64,000 nucleotides of DNA from an uncultured Lachnospiraceae bacterium (GTDB lineage: Bacteria > Bacillota > Clostridia > Lachnospirales > Lachnospiraceae), in the NCBI GenBank assembly GCA_944384125.1, contig CALWSF010000008.1:13803-77802 (forward strand). Reading direction: 5' to 3'. How positions within the stretch are numbered: the first letter of the stretch is position 1; every line of letters starts with the position of its first letter. Of this stretch, positions 36,752 through 46,014 are shown piece by piece. The position numbers and the translations under genes are program-made. The notes under the pieces are model-generated. The model saw only the letters and a list, made by a program, of their open reading frames with translations, searched no databases and was not told the DNA's origin.

Positions 36752-37144
36752 ATGGCAGAAAGTAAAGGCGTTATTACAGTAACTGGACGTAAGAAACTTT
36801 GCCAGGCACATGCCGGGGATGCAGCGCTTCCTAAAATAGCAAAGATGGTCTGGGGGGATGGTGGAGTTGATGAGAGTGGAATTCCCAAAGATACTACTGG
36901 AAATGAAATAGGTCTTTATAACAAACTTTTGGAAAAACCGATAGAAGGTCATGTATATGTGAATGAAGAAAAAACAACATGCCGCTATACGTCAACTCTG
37001 GATGCGGGAGAACTGACGGGAAAGGAGATATCCGAGATGGGTCTTTTGGATGAAGATGGCGATCTTATTGCCTATCGAACTTTTATGAGAAAGGGAAAGG
37101 ACGCAGATATACCTCAGACATATGAAATGGACGAAATTTTCTAA
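36752..37144 (+). CDS. Tail-collar/fibre proximal protein
   Basis: ITVTGRKKL..ISEMGLLDEDGDLIAYRTF. Confidence 0.75.
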   Translation: MAESKGVITVTGRKKLCQAHAGDAALPKIAKMVWGDGGVDESGIPKDTTGNEIGLYNKLLEKPIEGHVYVNEEKTTCRYTSTLDAGELTGKEISEMGLLDEDGDLIAYRTFMRKGKDADIPQTYEMDEIF

Positions 37145-37161
37145 ACCAGGAGGAGAAGAAT

Positions 37162-37587
37162 ATGGCATTTGAAATTAAAAGTCCGCCGGAATTTACCACA
37201 AATATTGAAGAATGGAACAGAGAGACATTTGCCGATGGTGCAGCAATGTCGAATGTACCAGAGAAGCTTTTGAATAATGATGTATATTTGAAAACAGAAT
37301 TAGAGCGGCAGGAACACACATCACTGATTACACTGGTATCGACAGGATGGACTGGCGATATTGCACCGTATAGTCAGACAGTATCGGTTCCTGATGCAGT
37401 AGATGGGATGGAACCAACAGTAGTCAGTGCTCTGGCGGATGGGGCTGATGAAGCAACACAGAAAGCTTATGTGAAGGCTTTTGGTATCATCTGTGGTGGA
37501 ACGGCGGAGCTGGGAAACGGGCAGGCGACTTTTAAGGTGTATAAAAAGCCGGAGACAGATATTACGATCGGACTGAGGGGAGTGTGA
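37162..37587 (+). CDS. Tail fibre-associated protein
   Basis: KLLNND, GWTGDIAPYSQTV, FKVYKKP motifs. Confidence 0.65.
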   Translation: MAFEIKSPPEFTTNIEEWNRETFADGAAMSNVPEKLLNNDVYLKTELERQEHTSLITLVSTGWTGDIAPYSQTVSVPDAVDGMEPTVVSALADGADEATQKAYVKAFGIICGGTAELGNGQATFKVYKKPETDITIGLRGV

Positions 37588-37591
37588 GAGT

Positions 37592-38482
37592 ATGAGTAAG
37601 ATTTGGCTGCCAGGGGGAGGCGGCGGTACCGATCTGGATGTGGTAACAGCTGGTGCCGGCGATATACTGGCAGGAAAGGTTATTGTAGGTTCTGATGGGG
37701 AGCCGCTGACAGGAACATTGGCTCTTACCGGAACGGCGGCAGATAGTCAGGTACTGGCAGGACAAACATACTATAACACAGATGCGAAGGCAAAGCGGAC
37801 AGGCAGTATGGTAAACCGAGGGGCTGTGTCTCAGAGTCTGGGGATCAATGGCAGCTATACGATACCGGCAGGATATCATAATGGCTCTGGAAAAGTAACG
37901 CAAAGCATTCCCACCAGGGGGGCAGCGACGATAACACCTAGAACAACCAACCAGACAGCTATTAGTGCAGGGTATTACGCTTCTGGTAATGTGATTGTGG
38001 AAGGAGATCCCAATTTAATAGCTGCTAACATAATACGCGGAAAAACAATATTCGGTGTAGCTGGTACAGCATATTCAGTTCCGGTAGGGCCTTCTGACTT
38101 GTATAATAGAGGAATAAATAAAGGTGGGCTTATACCGCATGATGGTAATGCGACATTCAACACTTCTCAGATATCGATGGGTACAGATCTATATAATCTT
38201 GAGGTTGAGTTTTCTGTGAATTTTACGAGTTATAGTAGACTAAATGTAACTGCTTATATAGAAGCTGCTAATTATAGCTCTACATGCAGTTTGTATCAGC
38301 AGAAGGTCGGATGGTCTAGGGTTTCATACGCAGGTTTTGGAAACGCTGGACAGCCATCTAAAGAATTTACAGTTGCGCTAGATATTTCTAGCCTACAAGT
38401 GACAGGAAAGTTTTATATAAAGATAAAAAAAGATATCAACGAATACTTCAAAGGATCAATAAGAAGAGTATGGTTGTCATAA
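37592..38482 (+). CDS. Tail fibre / receptor-binding protein
   Basis: DILAGK and QVLAGQTYY repeats, YTIPAGYHNGSG, NIIRGKTIFGVAG, then a distinct C-terminal domain. Confidence 0.75.
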   Translation: MSKIWLPGGGGGTDLDVVTAGAGDILAGKVIVGSDGEPLTGTLALTGTAADSQVLAGQTYYNTDAKAKRTGSMVNRGAVSQSLGINGSYTIPAGYHNGSGKVTQSIPTRGAATITPRTTNQTAISAGYYASGNVIVEGDPNLIAANIIRGKTIFGVAGTAYSVPVGPSDLYNRGINKGGLIPHDGNATFNTSQISMGTDLYNLEVEFSVNFTSYSRLNVTAYIEAANYSSTCSLYQQKVGWSRVSYAGFGNAGQPSKEFTVALDISSLQVTGKFYIKIKKDINEYFKGSIRRVWLS

Positions 38483-38495
38483 AGGCGGTGGTAAA

Positions 38496-38813
38496 GTGAA
38501 AATAAAAATATATGTAGACGGTTTTAACCAAATACAGGCTGTGAACAAAAATGATACTGAGGATGATACGTTAAAAGAATATGAGGTTGATGATTCTTTA
38601 TTCAATGGCTGGTGTTCAGAGGTTATCAAGGGATTTTGCTATGAGGTATTTGAAGATGGAAGTCTTAAAGCGGTTTACCCGTACAAAGACATAAACATGC
38701 TGATGGCGATACAGAACATATACGAAGAAAAGGAAAAACAGATCACAGAATTGCAGTTAGCACTGGCACAAGTTTTTGAAGCGGCTGTGTCAGCTAATAA
38801 TATAAACGTGTAA
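38496..38813 (+). CDS. Tail fibre assembly-like protein
   Basis: C-terminal QITELQLALAQVFE; position. Confidence 0.55.
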   Translation: MKIKIYVDGFNQIQAVNKNDTEDDTLKEYEVDDSLFNGWCSEVIKGFCYEVFEDGSLKAVYPYKDINMLMAIQNIYEEKEKQITELQLALAQVFEAAVSANNINV

Positions 38814-38827
38814 GGAGGCGAAAAATA

Positions 38828-38956
38828 ATGGATGTCATCTATGCTCAGCTTATCATCAAGGGTCTGAAGAAAATCACGGATGTTCCTGAAGTTGTGAAGG
38901 CTGATACAAAAAAAGAGTTGGAAAGGCTGGGATATTCAGAAATATTAGAAGACTAA
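38828..38956 (+). CDS. CD1375/XkdX-like small protein, 42 aa (not in ORF track)
   Basis: AAGGAGG RBS; IYAQLIIKGLKKITDVP. Confidence 0.7.
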   Translation: MDVIYAQLIIKGLKKITDVPEVVKADTKKELERLGYSEILED

Positions 38957-38970
38957 AGGAGGATAAAAAT

Positions 38971-39255
38971 GTGACACAGACAGAGATAGAGGTAACACTG
39001 GCCGAGCACTACAAAGAGATTGGCTCGTTGAAGCGTCGTGTCGACGACGTGGAGCGGATTGTTGATGCGGTACATAGCTTGGCCATGGAAATGGCCCGAC
39101 AGACGGAGGAAATAAAGCATATGAATGAATCCATCCGTCGTCTCAATCAGGATGTGGCAGAGCTTAAAGAAAAGCCGGCTGCGCGGTGGGAAAATTTAAT
39201 AGGAGCGTTAATAGGGGCGGTTGCCGGAGCGGCAGCGGCCCTGTTGTTTAAGTAG
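38971..39255 (+). CDS. Coiled-coil protein with C-terminal TM (XhlA-like lysis accessory)
   Basis: IGSLKRRV..RWENLIGALIGAVAGAAAALL. Confidence 0.7.
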   Translation: MTQTEIEVTLAEHYKEIGSLKRRVDDVERIVDAVHSLAMEMARQTEEIKHMNESIRRLNQDVAELKEKPAARWENLIGALIGAVAGAAAALLFK

Positions 39256-39270
39256 AGAGGAGAGATAAAA

Positions 39271-39543
39271 ATGGATTTATCGTTTATCGCAGAGCACTAT
39301 GTTCCCGTAGTTTTGGTAGCTTGTTTGGTGGTGGGGTACTGTATAAAACACATTTCCTGGCTGGAGGCGGTCAGCAATGAATACATCCCCACGATCCTGG
39401 CTGTGCTGGGGGCATCGCTGGGGTGCGTGGCAGCCGGCGGGGTTACGCTGGAAAATATTGTCTATGGAGCTGTCACGGGCTTAGCCAGTACAGGGCTTCA
39501 TCAGATGTTTAGTCAAATAATCAAAGGTAACCTGGGGAGCTGA
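39271..39543 (+). CDS. Holin
   Basis: Three hydrophobic segments; GLASTGLHQ motif. Confidence 0.85.
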   Translation: MDLSFIAEHYVPVVLVACLVVGYCIKHISWLEAVSNEYIPTILAVLGASLGCVAAGGVTLENIVYGAVTGLASTGLHQMFSQIIKGNLGS

Positions 39544-39559
39544 AAGGCTTCCTTTTTTT
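39535..39559 (+). terminator. Terminator after holin
   Basis: GGGAGC/GCTTCC plus T7. Confidence 0.5.
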
Positions 39560-39580
39560 ATCAAGAAAAGGAGAGAGTTT

Positions 39581-39841
39581 ATGAGTAACGAAAAAAATGT
39601 ATGCCCGGTACACGGGGAAAAATTGGCAAACGAGGTACACAACTATGAGCCGAATACAGCCTGTACTTGTGATGTAGGCTGTACAGGTCCGGCTTTAGAG
39701 GGAAAAGGGAACACTCCTACAGGTCCGGCTCTGGAAGGAAAAGGAAATACTCCGGTGGGCCCGGGACTGGAAGGAAAAGGGAACACGCCGGCAGGTCCCG
39801 GTCTGGGTGGCGGAAACACGCCTGCGGGGCCGGCGAAATAG
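39581..39841 (+). CDS. Small protein with 12-aa GPxLEGKGNTP repeats
   Basis: AAGGAG RBS; 36-nt period at 39686, 39722, 39758, 39794. Confidence 0.7.
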   Translation: MSNEKNVCPVHGEKLANEVHNYEPNTACTCDVGCTGPALEGKGNTPTGPALEGKGNTPVGPGLEGKGNTPAGPGLGGGNTPAGPAK

Positions 39842-39931
39842 CAAAAAGTGGCGGAAGAGCTCGAAGTAGAGAAGGTATTGTGATATAATAGGGTTGCTGT
39901 CGAACCTCCAGCAGAAAGGAGGTGGTGCCCT

Positions 39932-40018
39932 ATGGAATACATGGTATCTTTCCTTATCTCTGTTATAGCAGGTGTAGTTAGCTACTACATATGCAAATGG
40001 CTGAGCAGAGATGAATAG
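39932..40018 (+). CDS. Type I toxin, Fst-like, 28 aa (not in ORF track)
   Basis: MEYMVSFLISVIAGVVSYYICKWLSRDE*; RBS GGAGGT sequestered by ACCTCC. Confidence 0.85.
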   Translation: MEYMVSFLISVIAGVVSYYICKWLSRDE

Positions 40019-40059
40019 ACAGCAGCAGCCTAAACGGAATAGCTCGCCGTAAAGAGCAA

Positions 40060-40094
40060 GAAAACCCCAGAGGACCTGACCCTCTGGGGTTTTC
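40060..40094. terminator. Bidirectional terminator shared by toxin and antitoxin
   Basis: GAAAACCCCAGAGG/CCTCTGGGGTTTTC perfect 14-bp stem. Confidence 0.85.
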
Positions 40095-40133
40095 GTTTTT
40101 TTGCCCTATGGACAATAGCAGCTTTCCTTAGCT
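40060..40133 (-). ncRNA. Antitoxin RNA (par RNAII-like)
   Basis: Minus-strand promoter TTGACT(40168-40163)-17-TATGAT(40145-40140); crosses direct repeats and ends at shared terminator. Confidence 0.75.
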
Positions 40134-40211
40134 GTTTTTATCATACTCTGTTGATGGAAAAAAGTCAACGAAAATCTTGTGCGTCAACTTTGCGAAAGGA
40201 GAGCGATAAAT

Positions 40212-40376
40212 ATGGTAAACAGCGAGCAGAAAAAAGAGTTGGGCGAAAAATGGTTTGAGAAGTTGCAGGAGGAGGTGGCCGAGGCGACGCCGGAGGCCTT
40301 TGAAGATTTTCGCGCAATGATCGATCCGGATGCGATGGGGCCGGATGGAAAGGAGGGAATCGTCGATGCAGATTAA
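40212..40376 (+). CDS. Small acidic protein overlapping endolysin start
   Basis: AAGGAG RBS; MVNSEQKKELGEKW...; stop overlaps endolysin by 11 nt. Confidence 0.55.
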   Translation: MVNSEQKKELGEKWFEKLQEEVAEATPEAFEDFRAMIDPDAMGPDGKEGIVDAD

Positions 40377-41166
40377 TAAGCTCTTAACACCGTACAACTA
40401 CAGCAGCGGTTCTGCCAACCGCATCCGCTACATCGTCATCCATTATGTGGGGGCCACCGGTGGCGCGGAGGCTAATTGCAAATATTATGCGAGTAAATAT
40501 ATTGGAGCCAGCGCTCATTATTATGTGGGATTTGACGGAGAAATCTGGCAGTCGGTGGAGGATAAAAATATTGCATGGCACTGTGGTGCGAAATCATATA
40601 AGCACTCGGAATGCCGCAATTCCAACAGCATCGGTATTGAGCTGTGCGTGCGCAATCGCGGCAGCCAGGCGGCGGACAGCCGGGACTGGTATTTTGAGGA
40701 TGCCACGGTACAGGCTGCGCAGGAGCTGACTCGGATGCTGATGGAGAAATACAACATCGACGCAGATCATGTTATCCGGCACTACGATGTGACCGGAAAG
40801 ATTTGCCCCAACCCCTATGTCTACAATCACACCACTCACACTTGGGCCGCCTTTAAGGCAGCTCTGGCGGTCAATCAGCCCGCCGCTGTGGGCTGGGAAT
40901 ATGAGAACAGGGTCAAGTATCGGTATATGAAGGAAAACGGCGAATACGCGGCTGATGAGTGGCTTGTCATCAATCATCACTGGTATCTATTCGGTCCGGA
41001 CGGTTATATGTTGACCGGATGGCAGAAATGGAATGGCAGCCGGGTAGTTGCGTCCGATGAGCCGGGAGACTGGTATTTTCTGGATAATACAGCCGGAGGT
41101 CCGCTGGAGGGGGCCTGCTGGCATTCCCGGGAAAACGGCGCTCAGGAAATATGGTATGTTGAATAA
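40366..41166 (+). CDS. Endolysin: N-acetylmuramoyl-L-alanine amidase (Amidase_2) with cell-wall-binding repeats
   Basis: IVIHYVG, SAHYYV, AWHCG, SIGIELC, RHYDVTGKICP; WYLFGPDGYMLTGW. Confidence 0.92.
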   Translation: MQINKLLTPYNYSSGSANRIRYIVIHYVGATGGAEANCKYYASKYIGASAHYYVGFDGEIWQSVEDKNIAWHCGAKSYKHSECRNSNSIGIELCVRNRGSQAADSRDWYFEDATVQAAQELTRMLMEKYNIDADHVIRHYDVTGKICPNPYVYNHTTHTWAAFKAALAVNQPAAVGWEYENRVKYRYMKENGEYAADEWLVINHHWYLFGPDGYMLTGWQKWNGSRVVASDEPGDWYFLDNTAGGPLEGACWHSRENGAQEIWYVE

Positions 41167-41171
41167 AGAAT

Positions 41172-41195
41172 GTGGCGGGGATTTTGCCCCGCCAC
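41172..41195. terminator. Terminator after endolysin
   Basis: GTGGCGGGG/CCCCGCCAC. Confidence 0.65.
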
Positions 41196-41216
41196 GCTTA
41201 TCATTTCTAATGCAAT

Positions 41217-41399
41217 TTATAGGGATGCCTCAGTTGACGAAAAAAAACGATGGGCATAGAAGTATATATAAAATTTGATCTGTTCTTTTTCATATTCTTG
41301 CAGTGTACTATAGTAAGTACAGTCTAAATCATGCCAGGCCTCTCCCAGGTAATAGGCTAAAATCTGTACAGCGATATTACGGGCTTTTCTTTCGTTCAT
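41217..41399 (-). CDS. Small hypothetical protein at prophage end
   Basis: AGGAGGT RBS; 60 aa. Confidence 0.55.
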   Translation of the reverse strand: MNERKARNIAVQILAYYLGEAWHDLDCTYYSTLQEYEKEQIKFYIYFYAHRFFSSTEASL

Positions 41400-41459
41400 A
41401 ATTTTACCTCCTGACTTTAGAAATAAAAAACATTCAATCTGTATTGAATGGGAGAAATG

Positions 41460-41530
41460 CGGTTAGCAACACATTAGTAACAAATTTTCAAAGAACCCTT
41501 GTATTTTCAAAGGATTATTTCCCCAAAAAT
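41460..41530. other. Probable attR region
   Basis: TTAGCAACA/TTAGTAACA repeat with 11-bp period (41463, 41474), resembling integrase arm sites, plus CCTTG..CAAAGG; lies at phage/host boundary; attL not available for comparison. Confidence 0.4.
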
Positions 41531-41657
41531 GTAAGATAATTTTAAAGCATAATTCCTCCCCATATGGTAAACTAGATTTGAATGGCGGTCAGGAGCAAGA
41601 GTATGTCCTGGTGGTTTCCGCATAATGTTAATGTTTACGGATGAGGGAGGATTTTTT

Positions 41658-42362
41658 ATGTCTGAAATCAGTATCCTGGTAGTGGATGATGAGAAGGAGA
41701 TCGCAGATCTGGTGGAAATATATCTGGTCAGCGACGGATATAAAGTATTTAAAGCGGACAATGCGCAGAAAGGGCTGGATATTCTGGAGAAGGAGACTAT
41801 TCATCTGGTGCTGCTTGACATTATGATGCCGGGAATGGACGGACTTGAGATGTGCCGAAAGATTCGGGAGACTAATAATATTCCGATTATCATGCTCAGC
41901 GCCCGTTCGACGGATCTGGATAAGATACTGGGACTGGGAACTGGGGCTGATGATTATGTAGTCAAGCCGTTTAATCCGCTGGAACTGACGGCGCGTGTGA
42001 AATCGCAGCTTCGCCGTTACACCCAGCTGAATCCTCAGAGCAATGCCGGGATGTCAGAAAAGAATGAAATATCAATCAAGGGACTGATTATTAATAAGGA
42101 TAATCATAAAGTGATGGTTTATGGCGAGGAGATAAAGCTGACGCCTATTGAATTTGACATTCTGTATCTTTTGGCTTCCAATCCCGGACGTGTGTTCAGC
42201 ACAGATGAGATATTTGAAAAGGTGTGGAACGAAAAAGTCTACGAGGCAAATAATACCGTTATGGTACATATCCGGAGACTGAGAGGAAAAATGAAGGAGG
42301 ATACCCGGCAGAATAAAATCATAACAACTGTCTGGGGGGTAGGATACAAAATTGAAAAATAA
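41658..42362 (+). CDS. OmpR-family response regulator
   Basis: VVDDE, LLDIMMPG, GADDYVVKPF, TVWGVGYK. Confidence 0.95.
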   Translation: MSEISILVVDDEKEIADLVEIYLVSDGYKVFKADNAQKGLDILEKETIHLVLLDIMMPGMDGLEMCRKIRETNNIPIIMLSARSTDLDKILGLGTGADDYVVKPFNPLELTARVKSQLRRYTQLNPQSNAGMSEKNEISIKGLIINKDNHKVMVYGEEIKLTPIEFDILYLLASNPGRVFSTDEIFEKVWNEKVYEANNTVMVHIRRLRGKMKEDTRQNKIITTVWGVGYKIEK

Positions 42363-43488
42363 GGATATGAGCAAGCGATTCCGTACGCGGATGGTAATGA
42401 ATATTTTTTACAGCGCTGTTATCGCATGTCTTATCGAGGTTTTTCTGGTAGCTAATGTCTCTATGATTACTGCATATCTCCGTGAGACGAGATATGCAGA
42501 CTCATTTTTTCTGCAGCTTCTCGAACTTGATACTTTTATGATGCTGATCTATGTTATTTCGGGGATTGCTATTTTTTCTGTAACATTTTTGGCATTGCAG
42601 GAAAAAGCAATGCGCTATATAAGTCGTCTTTCGGCCGCTGTCCAGAATATTTCCGAGGGAGATCTGAATACAACTGTAGAAGTAATAGGAGATGACGAAT
42701 TTTCAGCGATGGCAGTCAATCTCAATAAAATGGTGGGAGATATTAGGAATCTGATGGATAAAGAAAGGGAAGCGGAGAGAACCAAAAATGAGCTGATAAC
42801 CAACGTCGCTCATGATCTCCGCACACCGCTTACTTCTATTATAGGATATCTGGAACTTCTGTCCGGAAAAGTGGAAATTCCTCCGCAGATGCAGAAAAAA
42901 TATATCGATATTGCCTATGCGAAATCCAAGCGCCTTGAAAAGCTGATAGAAGATTTATTCAGTTTTACAAAGATGAATTACGGCAAGATGACAATGCATG
43001 TTTCAAAAGTAGATGTGGTAAAGCTTCTGAGTCAGCTTCTGGAGGAGTTTTATCCGAGTTTCGTAGACAGAAATCTGTCATATGAGCTCCAGAGCAATGT
43101 TCCTGCCAAAGTAATTACAGCTGATGGGAATCTTCTGGCACGGCTTTTTGATAACCTCATAAATAATGCTATCAAATATGGCGCAGATGGCAAAAGGGTG
43201 CTGGTAAAAATACATGCTGTGGAGAGTACGGTAACGATTTCTGTGACAAACTACGGGTATGTAATTCCGCCGGATGAGCTGCCGCTGATTTTTAATAAAT
43301 TTTATCGCGTTGAACAGTCGCGCTCAACAAATACGGGCGGAACGGGACTTGGACTGGCGATTGCCAAGAATATTGTGGACATGCATGGCGGTTCCATTCA
43401 GGTAACCAGTGATCTGGATGGAACTGTTTTTGCCGTCAAGCTGAAAACAAACTTTGATGTCAATAAAGAAAATTTTGACACGCCTTAA
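42352..43488 (+). CDS. HAMP sensor histidine kinase
   Basis: AHDLRTPLT H-box; NLINNAIKY, FYRV, GTGLGLAI. Confidence 0.95.
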   Translation: MKNKDMSKRFRTRMVMNIFYSAVIACLIEVFLVANVSMITAYLRETRYADSFFLQLLELDTFMMLIYVISGIAIFSVTFLALQEKAMRYISRLSAAVQNISEGDLNTTVEVIGDDEFSAMAVNLNKMVGDIRNLMDKEREAERTKNELITNVAHDLRTPLTSIIGYLELLSGKVEIPPQMQKKYIDIAYAKSKRLEKLIEDLFSFTKMNYGKMTMHVSKVDVVKLLSQLLEEFYPSFVDRNLSYELQSNVPAKVITADGNLLARLFDNLINNAIKYGADGKRVLVKIHAVESTVTISVTNYGYVIPPDELPLIFNKFYRVEQSRSTNTGGTGLGLAIAKNIVDMHGGSIQVTSDLDGTVFAVKLKTNFDVNKENFDTP

Positions 43489-43524
43489 ATCAGGATTGTT
43501 TGTATCCTTCAGGGGCGGGGGAGG

Positions 43525-46014
43525 ATGATTGATTCCATGATGTGGAAGGGACAGAAAATGTGTTTGAGGACAAGAATTTATTTTGTGAGCTTCCTTCTGC
43601 TGTTTATGCTGGCAGGTATATTTTTTCTTCCGTTTACAAGCAGGGCGGAATCTGCCAAAGAGACCGGGACTGTAGGGATGGATGTTTTATACGGGTTCGG
43701 CAATACGGCAAAAAGCGATCGTTATCTCAGAGTGTCAGTTGCGCTGGATAATCAGGGGGAAACTGATTTTTCAGGTAATATAGAAATCCTGACAACTCAA
43801 TCCAGCCGGGAGATTTACCAGTATTCATATCCTGTTTCTGTTTCGGCAGGAACTGAAGAGAAACGGGAGTATTATGTGCCATTGGGGATTGATGCCGATC
43901 AGATGTTTGTAAGTCTGACAAACTCATCGGGCAGGGAGATAGTCAAAAAAAGGCTGAAGCTTAACATGAGCCAGGATAATACTGAGAGTTTTGTCGGTGT
44001 GCTGAGTGATAATCCGGAGGCGCTTTCCTATATGGATGATGCGGGTATATATTACGGTTCCATCCGAACCAAGCTGGTCTATCTGGATCGCGCTACTGCA
44101 CCGGAAAATGCTCTTGGTTATGACCAGCTGGATCTGGTAATTATTTCTGATTTCAATCTCGACAGTCTTTCGGATCAGCAGTATGCGGCACTTGGCCAAT
44201 GGGTTGATGACGGGGGCGTGATTTTGTTCGGCGGGGGCGAACGCTACAGAGACAATATGGGAAAATTCGCACAGGACATCCTGGATTATCCGCTGACACA
44301 GGCGCAGCTGACGGAGGTTGATCTGAGTGCGGAGAGATCCCAGGATCAGACTGTACAGACAACCCTGATGATCCCCTGTGTTGACCTGAATATCAGAAAT
44401 GGAAGTTCTCTGATGCAGGGCGAAAGCTTTCCGCTTTTAAGCTATGTAAATCGGGGAAAGGGACGGATTGCTGCTGCGGCGTTTGCTCTGGATGATATAG
44501 CGGAATTCTGCAGAAATACACCGTCCTTTACGGAGAAACTGTATACAATGGCAGTCGGAGAGAAAAAGGTTTCCGAACTGTCGCAGGAGGAGTTTTTTGG
44601 ATTTTCCGGTCAGTATTTCAACCTTCAGAGCCTTATCAATACAGGAGATGCGGGACGTCTGCCCAATGTTCTTCTGTATACGATAGTTATTGTGATCTAC
44701 CTGGTTTTGCTGGGCCCTGTGATTTATCTTTTTCTTAAAAAAAGGGGAGTGCACCGTTATTATCTGGCCGGCGTGACCGCGTGTGCTCTGGTATTTACGG
44801 GAATTATCTATATCATGGGACTGAAGACCCGTTTCAGGGAACCGTTTTTTACGTATGCTACCATTATTGATACATCGCGGGAAGAGGTTACCGAGGATAC
44901 GTATATAAATGTGAGAAGTCCTTACAATAAACCGTATTCTGTAAAAATAAAGCCGGAGTATGAGATTCGTCCGGTTACCAAAAGCTATTATTACCAGGCG
45001 GTTACGGCTCCTGATTTTACAGGAAATGAGGATTACAGAACCGGACTGCAGTTTTATGAGGATCGGACTGAGATACGTATTCGGGATACGGTTGCATTTA
45101 CTCCCAAACTATTTACTCTCAAACGGCGGTTTGCACAGACAGAAAAAATGGGCCTGGAAGGAGAAGTTACTCTGTATGACGGCAGCGTAAGCGGTCATCT
45201 GGTAAATCATTTTGATATGGCGCTTGAAGGTGCAGTTCTTCTCACTTATGGTAAAGCCATTCTTCTGGGAGATTTACAGCCGGGACAGGAGATTGTTCTT
45301 GATGGGTGTGAGGTTTTAAATTATCCTCTGAGTTATTCCTATGTTCTGGCACAGGCGGCAACAGGAGGGGATCAGTATACAAAAGTGGATGTGACGGATA
45401 AGGGGTATCTTCGCTCTCAGGAGAGAAGCCGCCTGATGAGCTTTTATCTTAATTCAGAGATGGCAGATTACACTTCCAAGGCCCGTGTGGTCGCATTCAG
45501 TCCCGATAAAAATCAGAAAATATTTCTGGCTGCGGATGCGCAGGTAACAGAGGGACTTACAATGATCGTTCAGGAGATAGATCTTAACCGGAAAAAGGAT
45601 GGTCTTGTGTACAGGAATGTTCTCGGACAGAAGCCCAATGTCATATCGGGAAATTATAATGCACAGACAAATACCATGTATTCCTCGGAGCCTGTGGAGG
45701 CTGCTATCATAGAATATTCTCTGGGCAATGATCTTATTATTGAGAGGGTAAATTTTGAGACACTCTCCCGGCAGTTTGTGGAGAATGCCCAGTATCCTTA
45801 TCTGAAGGCGTTTTCGGGCTCCATGTATTTTTATAATTATGATACGGGACGAAATGATCTTGTGGAGCTTAAGGAAAGCTTTACAGCGGAAGAACTGAAG
45901 CCTTATCTGTCTCCGTCCAACACGCTGACAGTTAAATATGTGAGTGAGGGAGACGGCACGTATGGTTTTGAAAATCATCTGCCCATGCTTTATGTCATCG
46001 GGAGGGAAAAGTAA
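43525..46014 (+). CDS. Large membrane-anchored protein linked to ABC module
   Basis: Signal/TM segments; LVLLGPVIYLFLKK; coupled to ABC ATPase; true start may be downstream. Confidence 0.75.
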   Translation: MIDSMMWKGQKMCLRTRIYFVSFLLLFMLAGIFFLPFTSRAESAKETGTVGMDVLYGFGNTAKSDRYLRVSVALDNQGETDFSGNIEILTTQSSREIYQYSYPVSVSAGTEEKREYYVPLGIDADQMFVSLTNSSGREIVKKRLKLNMSQDNTESFVGVLSDNPEALSYMDDAGIYYGSIRTKLVYLDRATAPENALGYDQLDLVIISDFNLDSLSDQQYAALGQWVDDGGVILFGGGERYRDNMGKFAQDILDYPLTQAQLTEVDLSAERSQDQTVQTTLMIPCVDLNIRNGSSLMQGESFPLLSYVNRGKGRIAAAAFALDDIAEFCRNTPSFTEKLYTMAVGEKKVSELSQEEFFGFSGQYFNLQSLINTGDAGRLPNVLLYTIVIVIYLVLLGPVIYLFLKKRGVHRYYLAGVTACALVFTGIIYIMGLKTRFREPFFTYATIIDTSREEVTEDTYINVRSPYNKPYSVKIKPEYEIRPVTKSYYYQAVTAPDFTGNEDYRTGLQFYEDRTEIRIRDTVAFTPKLFTLKRRFAQTEKMGLEGEVTLYDGSVSGHLVNHFDMALEGAVLLTYGKAILLGDLQPGQEIVLDGCEVLNYPLSYSYVLAQAATGGDQYTKVDVTDKGYLRSQERSRLMSFYLNSEMADYTSKARVVAFSPDKNQKIFLAADAQVTEGLTMIVQEIDLNRKKDGLVYRNVLGQKPNVISGNYNAQTNTMYSSEPVEAAIIEYSLGNDLIIERVNFETLSRQFVENAQYPYLKAFSGSMYFYNYDTGRNDLVELKESFTAEELKPYLSPSNTLTVKYVSEGDGTYGFENHLPMLYVIGREK

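Larger units (their letters stand above)
1..41515. mobile_element. Temperate prophage (myovirus-like), left end and integrase outside window
   Basis: Contiguous immunity, replication, packaging, head, contractile tail and lysis modules; host housekeeping genes start at 41658. Confidence 0.95.

Noticed and set aside
35700-38813. Diversity-generating retroelement or tail-fibre shufflon
   Set aside because: No reverse transcriptase, template/variable repeat pair, invertase or duplicated fibre tips in the window.
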